Shown here: positions 51,165 through 60,964 of the stretch, one piece after another
How positions within the stretch are numbered: position 1 is the stretch's first letter
Layout of the letters: each line of letters begins with the position of its first letter
DNA from: Rubripirellula sp.
GTDB lineage: Bacteria > Planctomycetota > Planctomycetia > Pirellulales > Pirellulaceae
Assembly (NCBI GenBank): GCA_965216875.1
Contig: OZ244207.1
Span: 7,808,001-7,872,000, forward strand
Direction of reading: 5' to 3'
DNA: 64,000 nucleotides
Made by a program: the position numbers and the translations under genes
The notes under the pieces: model-generated
What the model was told of the DNA's origin: nothing
Database searches by the model: none
What the model saw: the letters and a program-made list of their open reading frames with translations, nothing else

Positions 51165-51213
51165 TTGCCCTCTCCGGGCTTTAGCGCCCGACCCTCCCGC
51201 AAGCGGGAGGGTG
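51165..51213. repeat. REP-like element, family A
   Basis: Reverse-complement match to 3837-3884. Confidence 0.85.
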
Positions 51214-51240
51214 CAGATCGCGGAGTTTTGCGTTTGCTGA

Positions 51241-51720
51241 TCACTGACGGCGCACTAAGAGCGTTCCCACTCCGGAAAACAAAACGCCGATCGCAATCAT
51301 GATCAGCGTGGATAGCCAGCGAAACTCGAGGTCGATGTAGGCCTTGGGAGGATCGCCCGCGTTGACATAGCACAGTACCGTCGATCGGCTCGACTTTGTT
51401 TGACGTAATCGAGCAGCCAGTTTTTTCTTGTGGCTGGCGAAGCACTCGATCGCGTCAAACGGCGAAACTTGACTCCCGGTGACGGTTTCGCCTTCCCAAT
51501 CGTATTGGTAGACCACATTGAGAGTGGTTGAGGTTGATCGACCGCGGGCGCCCGTCCCGGCTGTCGTGACCACTTCGGCCGAGATCACACTTGCGTCGGT
51601 CGTTGACCAGGAGCGGGCACGGTTCCAATTCCAAACCGCCAGTGCGGCCATGCCGATCGGCACAAGTCCGGCAACGACGAACAGCCATCCGAAGGCCGCG
51701 TTCTTTGGTCTTTGAGCCAT
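51241..51720 (-). CDS. DUF3592-like two-TM membrane protein
   Basis: TM, SWSTTDASVI, VVYQY, VLCYVNAGDPPKA, C-terminal TM. Confidence 0.75.
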   Translation of the reverse strand: MAQRPKNAAFGWLFVVAGLVPIGMAALAVWNWNRARSWSTTDASVISAEVVTTAGTGARGRSTSTTLNVVYQYDWEGETVTGSQVSPFDAIECFASHKKKLAARLRQTKSSRSTVLCYVNAGDPPKAYIDLEFRWLSTLIMIAIGVLFSGVGTLLVRRQ

Positions 51721-51725
51721 CGCAA

Positions 51726-52199
51726 TTACGAATCCGATTCTTCAGACAGCATCAGTTGAAGTTCGGTCCGGTACTTCTTTGGATTCCCTTTGAAAATCAT
51801 CCCGGGGCCCTTCAGGTAGACTTCACGAGTCGGACGCTGGAAAGCGATTCCGTTTTCCTCGGCGTACGAGAGGATTTTTGCGTAACTTTCGCTGAGCGTT
51901 TCGTAGGGGCCGTGGTGAATCAGCGCAAGGCATGAGCCACCTGGTAGCTCGCGTACTGAGATTTCATCGGACGATTCGCCTCGACGCACCGGCATGCACA
52001 CTTCGAAATCGGCGTCGTCAGCCCGGTATTCATCGTCGTAGCAGAGCATCATGGCTTTGCCGCAGATGTGCCGCCCCACCTTGCGGCCAAGCTTTTTGAA
52101 TCCATCACCGCAATCGGTGTATTTACCTCGCATCCGAATGCCCGCAATCAAGACAGGGGCGACAAGCTTGCGCTGAATGGTCGGGGATTCGTTGCTCAT
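51726..52199 (-). CDS. Stand-alone GyrI-like small-molecule-binding protein
   Basis: FEVCMPV, LPGG, HHGPYETL, REVYLKGPG...YRTEL. Confidence 0.88.
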   Translation of the reverse strand: MSNESPTIQRKLVAPVLIAGIRMRGKYTDCGDGFKKLGRKVGRHICGKAMMLCYDDEYRADDADFEVCMPVRRGESSDEISVRELPGGSCLALIHHGPYETLSESYAKILSYAEENGIAFQRPTREVYLKGPGMIFKGNPKKYRTELQLMLSEESDS

Positions 52200-52221
52200 G
52201 TGTGGCGTGTGAGGTTTGGGG

Positions 52222-53550
52222 TCATGTTCGGGTGTCGATAAGTTCGCTCGTGACCCAGCGATGTTTGCCGGCAAGGTTCCCAGCGATTCGATCGGACGTG
52301 GTGACCTCGACAGGGTAGCCATCAAGCATCGTGGTTAGCTTTTGACCAATCGATTCTAGCGGCAAGACGCTCGAGCTTGGCCCTTCACTGGCGGGTGATT
52401 CTACCTCAAGCGTCACCCTCAGCCTTCCCGTTGCATCTTGATTGGCACAAAATCTCCGAATGGGATTATGGTGTTCCAGGACATGTTTGACTGCGAGAGA
52501 ATGGACCAGTCGGCCGTCTCGGGCAACCAGAAAGTCGTTGCAACGCCCACCGATTTCGGCCAGCGTCGAAAAACCGTCATCGCCCTTGGCGAGCGGGGCT
52601 GAGGTGACATCGCCAATTCGATAGCGAAGTAGCGGGAAACTCGGGTTGTTGAGCACGGTGATCACAAGTTCGTATCGACCGTCATCTTGTTTGATCGTTT
52701 CGACAAAGACGTTGTCTTCACGAACTCGTAAATGGCCTTCGAGGTCCGAGGTTGCGATGACCCCACATTCGACCGAGCCGTATTCGATGGCAACCTTGCA
52801 GCCGAAAGCCTCTTTGACCGCCTGCTGACTTGCATGGTCGGCTGGTTCGGCAGTTAGGATCGCCAGTTTCAGTGAAGGTAGCGTCACCGCTTGCTCCGTC
52901 GCACGCGCCGCAAGCAAGGCGACTGCGCTGCTGTAGCCATAGAGGCTGTGCGGGCAAAAACGCGATAGCCGTTTCAGGTGTTCATCCAAGTCGTTTGTGC
53001 CCAATCGATAGGCACTCAAACGAAGGCGGTTTCGCAAACGGTCTTCGATCGGACGCCGCACTCTTTGTTTGATACCCGCGAGTCCAGGTGCGACCGATCC
53101 CGAATGTCCCCACAGAAAGGCTGAGCGATCGAAGATATCGATGTCCCACTGTTGAAGCATCCGGTACTTGGTGCGGAGCGTTTCGCGGTGGGCGGACGAT
53201 TCCCAAAAGACTCGCATCGGTGTGCCCGTCGATCCGCCGGTGCGGTGCCAGCAACCATCGTCGGTGCGTTTGGCCAGGATGGATTCACATTGCTGGCGAA
53301 CAACCGATTTTTCAAGCAGTGGCATGGTGCTGCAGTACTGCTCGAGCGATTCGAATTGTTCGGGTACTTCGTGTCGGGATGCCGTCTGTTCGTAATAGCT
53401 GGAATGGGATCGAGCGTGTTGCCAGACTTCGTTCAGTCGCCGAAGTTGCCAAGCATCGATTTCGGCTCGCGACCAGTTCTCGCGTTCACGTAGTTGGCTG
53501 AGCGCAGCGCGTGCTTGCCGAAACCGGGGTAAGTGTTTCAAGACCGACAT
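52222..53550 (-). CDS. Phenylacetate-CoA ligase family / CapK-like adenylate-forming enzyme
   Basis: TGGSTGTP P-loop, GYSS, EYGSVE, PLLRYRIGD, GGR, GKHR. Confidence 0.85.
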   Translation of the reverse strand: MSVLKHLPRFRQARAALSQLRERENWSRAEIDAWQLRRLNEVWQHARSHSSYYEQTASRHEVPEQFESLEQYCSTMPLLEKSVVRQQCESILAKRTDDGCWHRTGGSTGTPMRVFWESSAHRETLRTKYRMLQQWDIDIFDRSAFLWGHSGSVAPGLAGIKQRVRRPIEDRLRNRLRLSAYRLGTNDLDEHLKRLSRFCPHSLYGYSSAVALLAARATEQAVTLPSLKLAILTAEPADHASQQAVKEAFGCKVAIEYGSVECGVIATSDLEGHLRVREDNVFVETIKQDDGRYELVITVLNNPSFPLLRYRIGDVTSAPLAKGDDGFSTLAEIGGRCNDFLVARDGRLVHSLAVKHVLEHHNPIRRFCANQDATGRLRVTLEVESPASEGPSSSVLPLESIGQKLTTMLDGYPVEVTTSDRIAGNLAGKHRWVTSELIDTRT

Positions 53551-54779
53551 CAGGCAGCTCCGTCGGCACGATGGCTTTGCAAAACGTCGTTCGAATCGTC
53601 AACTCCACGCCGCTGCATCGCGAACTCGTAGATCTCGATCAGGCGTTGGTAGTTGTGGTCGATCGTGTACTTTGATTTGTAAGACGTGCGTGCGGCGTTG
53701 CGCATGTCGCTGTAACGTTTTTCGGACGCATTGCAAACGCGCTGGATGGCATGGGCGAGTTGTTCCGAATCACCGGGTTCGAACAACACACCATTGACGC
53801 CGTCTTGAACCAGTTCCGACATCGCTCCGAGTCGGCTTGCAATCACAGGAGTGCCGCGTGAGAACGATTCGGCAATCGTTCGTCCAAAGGTTTCAAACCA
53901 CTGTGACGGCATGATCAGACATCTCGCGTCGCCAAGGTGTTCGAGCACTTCGTCGTGTGGCAGTTCGCCCAAGTAGGTCACAGCAGAGTGCTGTTGAGCA
54001 AACTGTTTGACGGCCTGTTGTAGCGGTCCACCACCGATGATTTTTAGCGGCGCCTTGAGGCCATGTTGACGCCAAGCGTCACAGAGTGTGTCGATCCCTT
54101 TTTCTTTCGAAAGACGCCCCACGTAGATCATCGAACCCGAGCCACCCATGCCGATGCCCGGGTCGGGGTCGATGAAATTGCGTTTTACAAATAGGGACTC
54201 GGGATCGTAACCACCGCGCGTATAGATCTCGCGTGCAAATTCGCTGGGTGTGAAATAGGCATCGACAAGCGGCTTGACCCGGTTGAGTGTCCGGTTGACC
54301 AATTGCATCGATGTGACAACCGCACTCGCCGCGCTGCTGTCGCGATAGCAGCCATGGCGAACCGAAGCAAAGGCGGCTGGCTTGCCCAAGCATTGGGTGC
54401 AGACTTGATCGTCACGATAAAAAAATGAGTTGGCGCAAAACGGGCGGTAGTTTCTCAGTGCCTGGACGATCGGAATGCCGCGTTTTGCAGCAGCGGAATA
54501 GACCGAATGCGAAATCTGAGGAAACAAGTTGTTGCAATGCAAAATGTCGATTTGGTGATCGTCCATTAGCTTTGCGACATCTTGTTTTGCCGATCTGCTA
54601 TAGAACGTACGCCCAACAGCGTGAATGCGACCGTTCAGTCCGTCCTTGATGTCGTTGTTGCTGCGAACATAGGTCACGACTTTGTGGCCGCGTTGTCGCA
54701 GCATCGCAACTTCCGACTCAAACGATTGATCCTCACCACCGCGGTAGCGGTAGTAATTGTGGCACAGCAGGATTCTCAT
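53550..54779 (-). CDS. Glycosyltransferase family 4
   Basis: HNYYRYRGGE, YVGRLSKEKG, ETFGRTIAES, GTPVIAS. Confidence 0.93.
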   Translation of the reverse strand: MRILLCHNYYRYRGGEDQSFESEVAMLRQRGHKVVTYVRSNNDIKDGLNGRIHAVGRTFYSRSAKQDVAKLMDDHQIDILHCNNLFPQISHSVYSAAAKRGIPIVQALRNYRPFCANSFFYRDDQVCTQCLGKPAAFASVRHGCYRDSSAASAVVTSMQLVNRTLNRVKPLVDAYFTPSEFAREIYTRGGYDPESLFVKRNFIDPDPGIGMGGSGSMIYVGRLSKEKGIDTLCDAWRQHGLKAPLKIIGGGPLQQAVKQFAQQHSAVTYLGELPHDEVLEHLGDARCLIMPSQWFETFGRTIAESFSRGTPVIASRLGAMSELVQDGVNGVLFEPGDSEQLAHAIQRVCNASEKRYSDMRNAARTSYKSKYTIDHNYQRLIEIYEFAMQRRGVDDSNDVLQSHRADGAA

Positions 54780-56149
54780 GATGCCGTGCCTGGAAGCAGG
54801 GCCTGCTGGCGGCGGAGCGATTGTCCAATGCCGAGGCCGATAAAGGTGAAGAAGAACACCGACTCGGTTCGGACTGGTCCCATGAAAGACGCACAGGTCA
54901 TCGACCAGCCGAAATACCAGATGGCGACAAAGACCAGCATCCAACCGATTGATCTGGCGATTCCCCCAACACCTTCGAGCGAGCGGAATTGAAAGAACAG
55001 GCTCATTCCGGTTGCTGCGAACAAGAGCAAGCCGATCAAACCCGTCGATGCCATCACTTGAAGATAGACGTTGTGCGCGGTGTGGTTCGTGACAATGTTC
55101 CAGACTTCGACTTCGCCACCTTCACTGGTGACAAAGTAGCCATGACCGATGATGGGAGATTTCAGGAACTCGTTCCAGATCGCGGACCACATCTCCGCCC
55201 GTCCTGACACCTCGCGAATCTGTTCGAGCGATTGTCCACGCGCAAAATATTCCGTCCCGGCGCCCAATCCATCGGAAACCGATCGGAAACCAGGGTCGAT
55301 CAACAAGATCATTCCCAGTCCGACAGCACCTGCGATCAAGGACGCGGCTCGCACTCGGTTGTCGGCGAACCAAAAGACGATCATTCCTGCCGTGCCAATC
55401 GCAAGCAGGCTCGAGCCACGACTGTTCGAATAATAAAGAACGGCGGCATGTACCAGCAACGAACTGATGGTGAAGGTCTTGGACCAACCAAGTCGTCCAA
55501 TCACCGTGCACATCACCGTCAGCAGGATCCCCAACGAAGCTGTCGAGCCCGATGCGGTCGGATGCACAACGCCATCGGCACCCGAATCGACAAGCGTACG
55601 ATCGAGCCCCGACGACATGGGGAAAAGTAGATGTATGACCAACACAAAACCACTGAGTCCAAGCAAGACGCCAGCCAGTGATTTGAGAATCCGCGGCACC
55701 ATTGCGGGATCGAAACTGATCACGCTTATGGCAACCGCGTAGATGATCAGTGCAGTGAGTCCACCGGCTTGCCCAACCGTGACGGCCTTCAATGGAGACC
55801 AAGCGACGCTTAGGATTGCCCAGGCGAGAAACGCGAACGCTGGCAGCATCGGTGACACGACGCGTTGAAAAAGTGGCCTTTGGAATTGGCCAACCAGTAG
55901 GCGGCCCCCATAAAGGCAGACGTACATCAAGATGGCCAGCTTGGCAAAGGCGAGTCCGTCCAAGAATCGCAGTGCCGACGGTGACGGACGTCCCGGAACG
56001 GTGAACGTCATGATCGGAAGCAACGCCATTGCCCAAAAGGCGAATCGTGTTAGACGCTGTTGCTTGAGGTCGACCTGAGGGTGCGCACCGGCATTGTCTG
56101 CGTTAGACACAGGGCGATCAATCGCTGGACTGGATGCCGATGTTGCCAT
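54776..56149 (-). CDS. O-antigen ligase / Wzy-like polymerase
   Basis: About 12 TM, SNSRG, SGRAEMW, PIIGHG, HTAHNVYLQ. Confidence 0.88.
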   Translation of the reverse strand: MATSASSPAIDRPVSNADNAGAHPQVDLKQQRLTRFAFWAMALLPIMTFTVPGRPSPSALRFLDGLAFAKLAILMYVCLYGGRLLVGQFQRPLFQRVVSPMLPAFAFLAWAILSVAWSPLKAVTVGQAGGLTALIIYAVAISVISFDPAMVPRILKSLAGVLLGLSGFVLVIHLLFPMSSGLDRTLVDSGADGVVHPTASGSTASLGILLTVMCTVIGRLGWSKTFTISSLLVHAAVLYYSNSRGSSLLAIGTAGMIVFWFADNRVRAASLIAGAVGLGMILLIDPGFRSVSDGLGAGTEYFARGQSLEQIREVSGRAEMWSAIWNEFLKSPIIGHGYFVTSEGGEVEVWNIVTNHTAHNVYLQVMASTGLIGLLLFAATGMSLFFQFRSLEGVGGIARSIGWMLVFVAIWYFGWSMTCASFMGPVRTESVFFFTFIGLGIGQSLRRQQALLPGTAS

Positions 56150-56191
56150 GAGAGAGACGTGGTCGCCACGATTGGGCCGGTGTGCAATCGA

Positions 56192-57778
56192 TCATCGTGG
56201 CTTGGTTGCTGCATCGCCGACGGCCACGGGAGCCGGTGACGAGTTCGTCGTAGGGGCCCCGTTCGTTGTGTCGCTTGTTTCTGTCGCGGTCTGGTCCGAG
56301 CCAACGGGTGTTTGGATTGTGGCGGCGAGCAGTGTGTGGTGCAGCTGCCATGAGTACTTCAGCAGCGGAAAGCCCACGGCGGCGAGAACGGCGGCGAAGA
56401 CACCAAAGATCGCACAGAACTTTTTGTCGGGTGTCACCGGGCGTCGTTCGAGACTCGCGGGTTGGACAACATTCACACTGGTGATCCGTTGTTGTTCCAG
56501 CACATCATCAAGTCGCGCTTGTTCCAGCTTGTCGGCATGGGCCGCGTAGCGATTCTCGAGAATCGTCACTTCGTTGGCCAACGCCTGGATTGCCTTTTCG
56601 TTTTCATTTAACGCTGCAACTTCGACTTGTAACTCGAGTTGCTTTTTCAGAAGGGTCGACTTCTTGTTTTCGAGGGCGCGAGCCGAGGCCTTTTGCAACA
56701 GCTGCTCTTCGAGCAGTTTTTGGTAGGCCGGGTTTGCCGTTCGCGTGACTTCGTCACGTTCGGTGCTTTGTTCAGCAAAGATTGCTCTCAGGTCTTCCAG
56801 CTGACGCGTGACGGCCGACAGTTTTGGGTGACCAGGTTTGAGTTTGCTGCGGAGGTCTTGTTCGAGCGTTTCCATCTCGAAGAGTTGGGCACGCATTTCG
56901 TCGATCGCTTCGTTCGCTTTCGCAGTGACCTCTTCGATGTTGGGAGAAACTTCATTGGTCAGGAGCTTTTGGATTTCTTGCACTCGTGACTCGGTTCCGG
57001 CGAGTTCGCCTTCGGTTTCAAGCAGAGCGGTTCGCAATGCTGCTAGTTGCGATTCGAGGAGTTTTTGTTGCCCCTCGATCGTGACCAAGTTGGCGTCGCT
57101 CTTGAGTTTGCGAAGTTCTTCGCGCGTCGCGTCGAGCTGCTGTTTGAGCGTTGCGTCTTGCTGTTCAAAGAAGGCGTGGGTTCCTTGGGTGCGATTCACT
57201 TTGACGTGCAAGCTGATGTATTGGTCAAGCCACGCTTCGACCACTTTCTGGGCCGCCTCGGGAGACTTGGCTCGATACTCAATCGAAACGACACTCGATT
57301 CGCTTGGGGCCGAGATCGAGATTTCTTTTCGCAACGATCGGATCGCCCGTTCGCGATCGGGAATGGGGTCGATCGAGGCGAGTTGCGCTTTCGCTGGACC
57401 GACGAGCGAAGACAGAATGCTTTCGTCGGAAACGTCTGCATCACCACCGGGAAGGTGACCGCTTAGGACCACCTCTTCACCGACTTGATCGACGATACGT
57501 TCGATCAGCGTGTCGCTTTGCATGACGCCAAGCGCCGTCTGCATTTCGTGTTCGCGCGTCTGCATGATGTTCAACTTGTCACCATCGGTCGATGCCGTCG
57601 GATCGAGTTTGACACTTTCGCGGCCGACGCGAAGCAAGAGCTTGGCTTGAGATCGATAGGCACGGGGGTAGTACAAGATCACCAGCACAGTCAACGTGAT
57701 GACGGCTGCGAACATCAGGGCTGAAAGCAGCCAATGCTTGCGAAGGGCGTCAATCCACTGGGAAAACGACGTTTGCAT
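56192..57778 (-). CDS. GumC/Wzc-like polysaccharide co-polymerase lacking a kinase domain
   Basis: N-terminal TM, YRSQAKLL, long periplasmic coiled coil, VVQPA...PVTP plus C-terminal TM; no Walker A motif. Confidence 0.88.
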   Translation of the reverse strand: MQTSFSQWIDALRKHWLLSALMFAAVITLTVLVILYYPRAYRSQAKLLLRVGRESVKLDPTASTDGDKLNIMQTREHEMQTALGVMQSDTLIERIVDQVGEEVVLSGHLPGGDADVSDESILSSLVGPAKAQLASIDPIPDRERAIRSLRKEISISAPSESSVVSIEYRAKSPEAAQKVVEAWLDQYISLHVKVNRTQGTHAFFEQQDATLKQQLDATREELRKLKSDANLVTIEGQQKLLESQLAALRTALLETEGELAGTESRVQEIQKLLTNEVSPNIEEVTAKANEAIDEMRAQLFEMETLEQDLRSKLKPGHPKLSAVTRQLEDLRAIFAEQSTERDEVTRTANPAYQKLLEEQLLQKASARALENKKSTLLKKQLELQVEVAALNENEKAIQALANEVTILENRYAAHADKLEQARLDDVLEQQRITSVNVVQPASLERRPVTPDKKFCAIFGVFAAVLAAVGFPLLKYSWQLHHTLLAATIQTPVGSDQTATETSDTTNGAPTTNSSPAPVAVGDAATKPR

Positions 57779-58132
57779 GGGTGTCACGCGGGAGACGAGA
57801 AGATGGGGAGTGGTGCTGCCCAAACGGGGACAGGGCTGCCAAAATTGACACTCAGGGAATGAGCCGTGTCCGCCGGAGGACTGGCCAATGAGTACTCGAC
57901 GATCGGTCTTCAGCACAGTCTCATGCTAACCAGCCGGGCCCGAAAGAGAACGTCTTGGCGATCCCGCGGCGGGCGGGATCCTATGCCCCGCCCAAATAAC
58001 CGTTACCCTTGGCACGAGCCGACCGCGTAGGTGATCGATCTCACTCACCACCAGCGCCCCACGCCACGCCCCGGCAAAATGCGGCCTACGTTTGTCGCTG
58101 GAAATTGTGCATCCCGAAAAGACCGTCCCGCA

Positions 58133-59482
58133 ATGACGACGCCCTCTCCCGTCCCATCTGATTCGTCCGACGAGGTTTTGCCGTCGAACACCGACAAATC
58201 GGAGGGAGGAGCCAAACGCATGCTGCAGACCAACCGGGGACGCGGCAGTTTGGCGGTGACCGATCAAATTGTCGTAAGTGGTACGAACTTCTTAACAACC
58301 GTGCTGGTCGGACGCGTTTGTGGTGCCGATGAATTGGGGCTGTTTGCGATCGGCTTTTCGGTCATCGTGATTGTTGCCACCGCGTTGCGTTCGCTCTTGG
58401 TGACGCCGTTTTCGGTTTTTGTGCATCGAGTTGATGCCCAGCGACAGCGGCAAATGCGAGGGGCGACGTTGGTCCTGGCCCTGATGCTCCTTGCCGGGAT
58501 CGTCACTGTCTTGGTCGTGGGCAACGTGAGCTGGGCCATGCGAGGCTTGGGATCGCCGCAGCAGTTCGGTTTCTCACTTGCTGTTTGTGTCGCGACGGCC
58601 TGTTGGACACTTCGCGAATTCTCGCGCCAGCTTTCGTTTGCCGACTTGCGGTTTGCAAGGTCTTTGGCAATCGACTCGGTTGCGGCACTCATCCAGCTTT
58701 GCGTGGTCGTCGCGCTGATCGCATCAGGGAAACTCTCTGCAACCACGGCCATGTACGCATGCGGCTTCGCAACCGCGATCATGGCGACGGGATGGTTTTG
58801 GGCGAATTCCCGAGAGTTTGATTTTTCTGCTCCGTGGCGAGCTGACTGGAAACAAACCTGGGACTTTGGCCGTTGGGGGGCTCTGTCGCAAACAAGTCAC
58901 GTGGTTCAGAGCTACGTGGTTTCTTGGATTGTCGCGTTGGCCGGTGGGCTGACGGCAGCCGGGGTTTATGCGGCCGCTTGGTCCATCGTGCAACTTGCGA
59001 GTCCCTTCGTCCAAGGTGCTGGGAATGCGATGGGGCCGGTGTTGGCAAAAAAGCTGGCGGATGATGGGCTAAGTCAACTGAAGCGACTGGTGATTCGTGT
59101 CGCGATTACATCTGCTGTGCTTGCCGCGATGTATGTGAGCGTGATTTGGTTATCCGGCGGCGAGTTGATCCAACTTTTCTACGGCCAACGCTATGAGATG
59201 CCCGCGCTCTTGCTGACGCTCTTGGCTGGTTCGGTTGCCGTCTCGGCAATCGCGCTTGTGGCAACCAAGGCGATCTCGGTACTCGAATTCCCGCAGGTGA
59301 ACTTCGCGCTCAACGTCACGGGGCTCGCACTGACAACTCTCTTTGGGATCGTGCTTGGAACCCGCTGGGGCATCGAGGGGGCGGCCGGAGGTCTACTGTT
59401 GGCAGCCGCGATCGGCTTTGTGTTCAAGTGGGTCTGCTACCGACAGGTGTGCCGTCGATCCCTTTCCCGGCCATCAGCTTGA
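58133..59482 (+). CDS. Wzx-type polysaccharide flippase
   Basis: DQIVVSGTNF, about 12 TM, AAGVYAAA, WGIEGAA; divergent from the polysaccharide operon. Confidence 0.85.
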   Translation: MTTPSPVPSDSSDEVLPSNTDKSEGGAKRMLQTNRGRGSLAVTDQIVVSGTNFLTTVLVGRVCGADELGLFAIGFSVIVIVATALRSLLVTPFSVFVHRVDAQRQRQMRGATLVLALMLLAGIVTVLVVGNVSWAMRGLGSPQQFGFSLAVCVATACWTLREFSRQLSFADLRFARSLAIDSVAALIQLCVVVALIASGKLSATTAMYACGFATAIMATGWFWANSREFDFSAPWRADWKQTWDFGRWGALSQTSHVVQSYVVSWIVALAGGLTAAGVYAAAWSIVQLASPFVQGAGNAMGPVLAKKLADDGLSQLKRLVIRVAITSAVLAAMYVSVIWLSGGELIQLFYGQRYEMPALLLTLLAGSVAVSAIALVATKAISVLEFPQVNFALNVTGLALTTLFGIVLGTRWGIEGAAGGLLLAAAIGFVFKWVCYRQVCRRSLSRPSA

Positions 59483-59508
59483 CCGCAGGCATCAAGCATG
59501 CGAAGTGC

Positions 59509-59546
59509 AAAAAGAAACAGGGCGTGTCGAAGACACGCCCTGTTTC
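59509..59546 (-). terminator. Rho-independent terminator between convergent genes
   Basis: Perfect 15-bp stem gaaacagggcgtgtc/gacacgccctgtttc with a 3-nt loop, followed by a U-tract on the minus strand. Confidence 0.85.
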
Positions 59547-59555
59547 AAGATTCGG

Positions 59556-59759
59556 TTAGACGTACGGATTGTAGTCCGACGGAGTTACCATCACGGTCGG
59601 ATTGGCTTCCGACGTGCGGTAGTAATCGGGTCCCCAGCGTCCGAGCTCGATGAACATCGCAATGACTGCGATCAACATGAAGATCATGCTTAGGAACAGC
59701 ATGACGGTGTAAATGCTCGGGGGCTGTTTACGGTTTTCAGTCGAGGGTAGTGTCGACAC
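59556..59759 (-). CDS. Small single-TM protein (67 aa)
   Basis: IYTVMLFLSMIFMLIAVIAMFIEL hydrophobic helix; GGAG upstream of GTG; ends just before the terminator. Confidence 0.75.
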   Translation of the reverse strand: MSTLPSTENRKQPPSIYTVMLFLSMIFMLIAVIAMFIELGRWGPDYYRTSEANPTVMVTPSDYNPYV

Positions 59760-60585
59760 GGTCGCCCTCCAAGATCAGGCCTTCGCTGTAATCGGGAAGG
59801 ATTTCAGCGACAGCGCGGTTCGGTTCAGTCTTACGGACTCGAAGCTTTCCGACGTAACGTCCTTTTCGAGTCACTTCCAGGAAGTGTCCATTTCGCAGGC
59901 CATCATCGAATCCAATCGAGACTTCGACGAGGTGTTTAGGACGGTTGATGACCAAGACGTTGCCATTGCGTTCTGGCGGAGCACCATCAAGGGGTTCATC
60001 AACGTCAATGCCGTGGTAGGTCACGACTTCTTCAAAGCGAGTGACTTGTTCGGCAAGTTGACGATTTCGTTCCTCAAGCATTTGCTTGAAGCCACGCAAA
60101 CGGTTTGCCTCGTCGGTCAGGACCAAGGTTTCGGCAAAGAGTTTGTCGCGGTCTTGTTGTTCGGTTCGAATTGCGATCCGCAGTTCGGCTGTCTCTTTGG
60201 TGAGGCGAGCGAGCTGCTCCGTTGCCGATTGGACCGACTGGGTTAGTTCGGTGTTTTTCTGTTGCTCTGCCGTCAAATCAATGTTGAGCTTTGTGTTTGC
60301 AGCGTCGAGCACATCGACCTGTGTTTGCAAAGCACCCAATGCGGTTCGACGGGCAGCTTGTTCACGGGTCAGGTCTGCCCGGATTCCGGCTTCCGACTCT
60401 TGCAAACGCTGATTGTCGCGTTCTTTATCCTCGATTTGTTGTTTCAATCCAGGTTGGCTCCCAACACCAACCAGCACCACATCTTTCCAGTTACGGTGCG
60501 AGGCGTTGACCGCCAATGCGAGCACCATAAAGGTGAGACTGAGGATGAGGATGACGACGGAGAAGGACTTCCCAAGTAGGGTCAT
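59737..60585 (-). CDS. Membrane-anchored coiled-coil protein with a C-terminal beta domain
   Basis: N-terminal TM, about 150-aa heptad region, C-terminal VEVSIGFDDGL...YVGKLRV...AVAEI. Confidence 0.85.
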   Translation of the reverse strand: MTLLGKSFSVVILILSLTFMVLALAVNASHRNWKDVVLVGVGSQPGLKQQIEDKERDNQRLQESEAGIRADLTREQAARRTALGALQTQVDVLDAANTKLNIDLTAEQQKNTELTQSVQSATEQLARLTKETAELRIAIRTEQQDRDKLFAETLVLTDEANRLRGFKQMLEERNRQLAEQVTRFEEVVTYHGIDVDEPLDGAPPERNGNVLVINRPKHLVEVSIGFDDGLRNGHFLEVTRKGRYVGKLRVRKTEPNRAVAEILPDYSEGLILEGDRVDTTLD

Positions 60586-60727
60586 TTCGGCGTTTCCCTA
60601 TACGATCAGACCGACGAGACGGACGTGGTTTTGGATGTGGATCATCCACGATTTGGCTGTGGCGGCGGCTGCGACACCCGTCGCGACAAGAACCTGCCTG
60701 ACACACCTAATACGCCACGTCCATCGA

Positions 60728-60757
60728 AGTATAGTTAGGCAAAAAAAGGAGTGTCAA
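60728..60757 (-). promoter_or_regulatory. Near-consensus sigma-70 promoter TTGACA-N18-TATACT
   Basis: -35 at 60752-60757 and -10 at 60728-60733 on the minus strand, about 140 nt upstream of the 60585 start. Confidence 0.75.
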
Positions 60758-60964
60758 CGAAATCGCCCTGAAAACCCTCAATCCCCTGGCTTCACATATT
60801 CGGGGTCGGTTTGTGCCGGTTCGATCGGTCAAATAATGACGGATGTCTCGACGCTGGCCGAAAAAACGCCCCCCAGGTGGAGGTTGGCAAATGGTGATTC
60901 CGTCGATTCAAGCCGCGGGAAGTCATGCTGCTTGAAGTCGCGGTGCGTAACATGCTGCACCATT

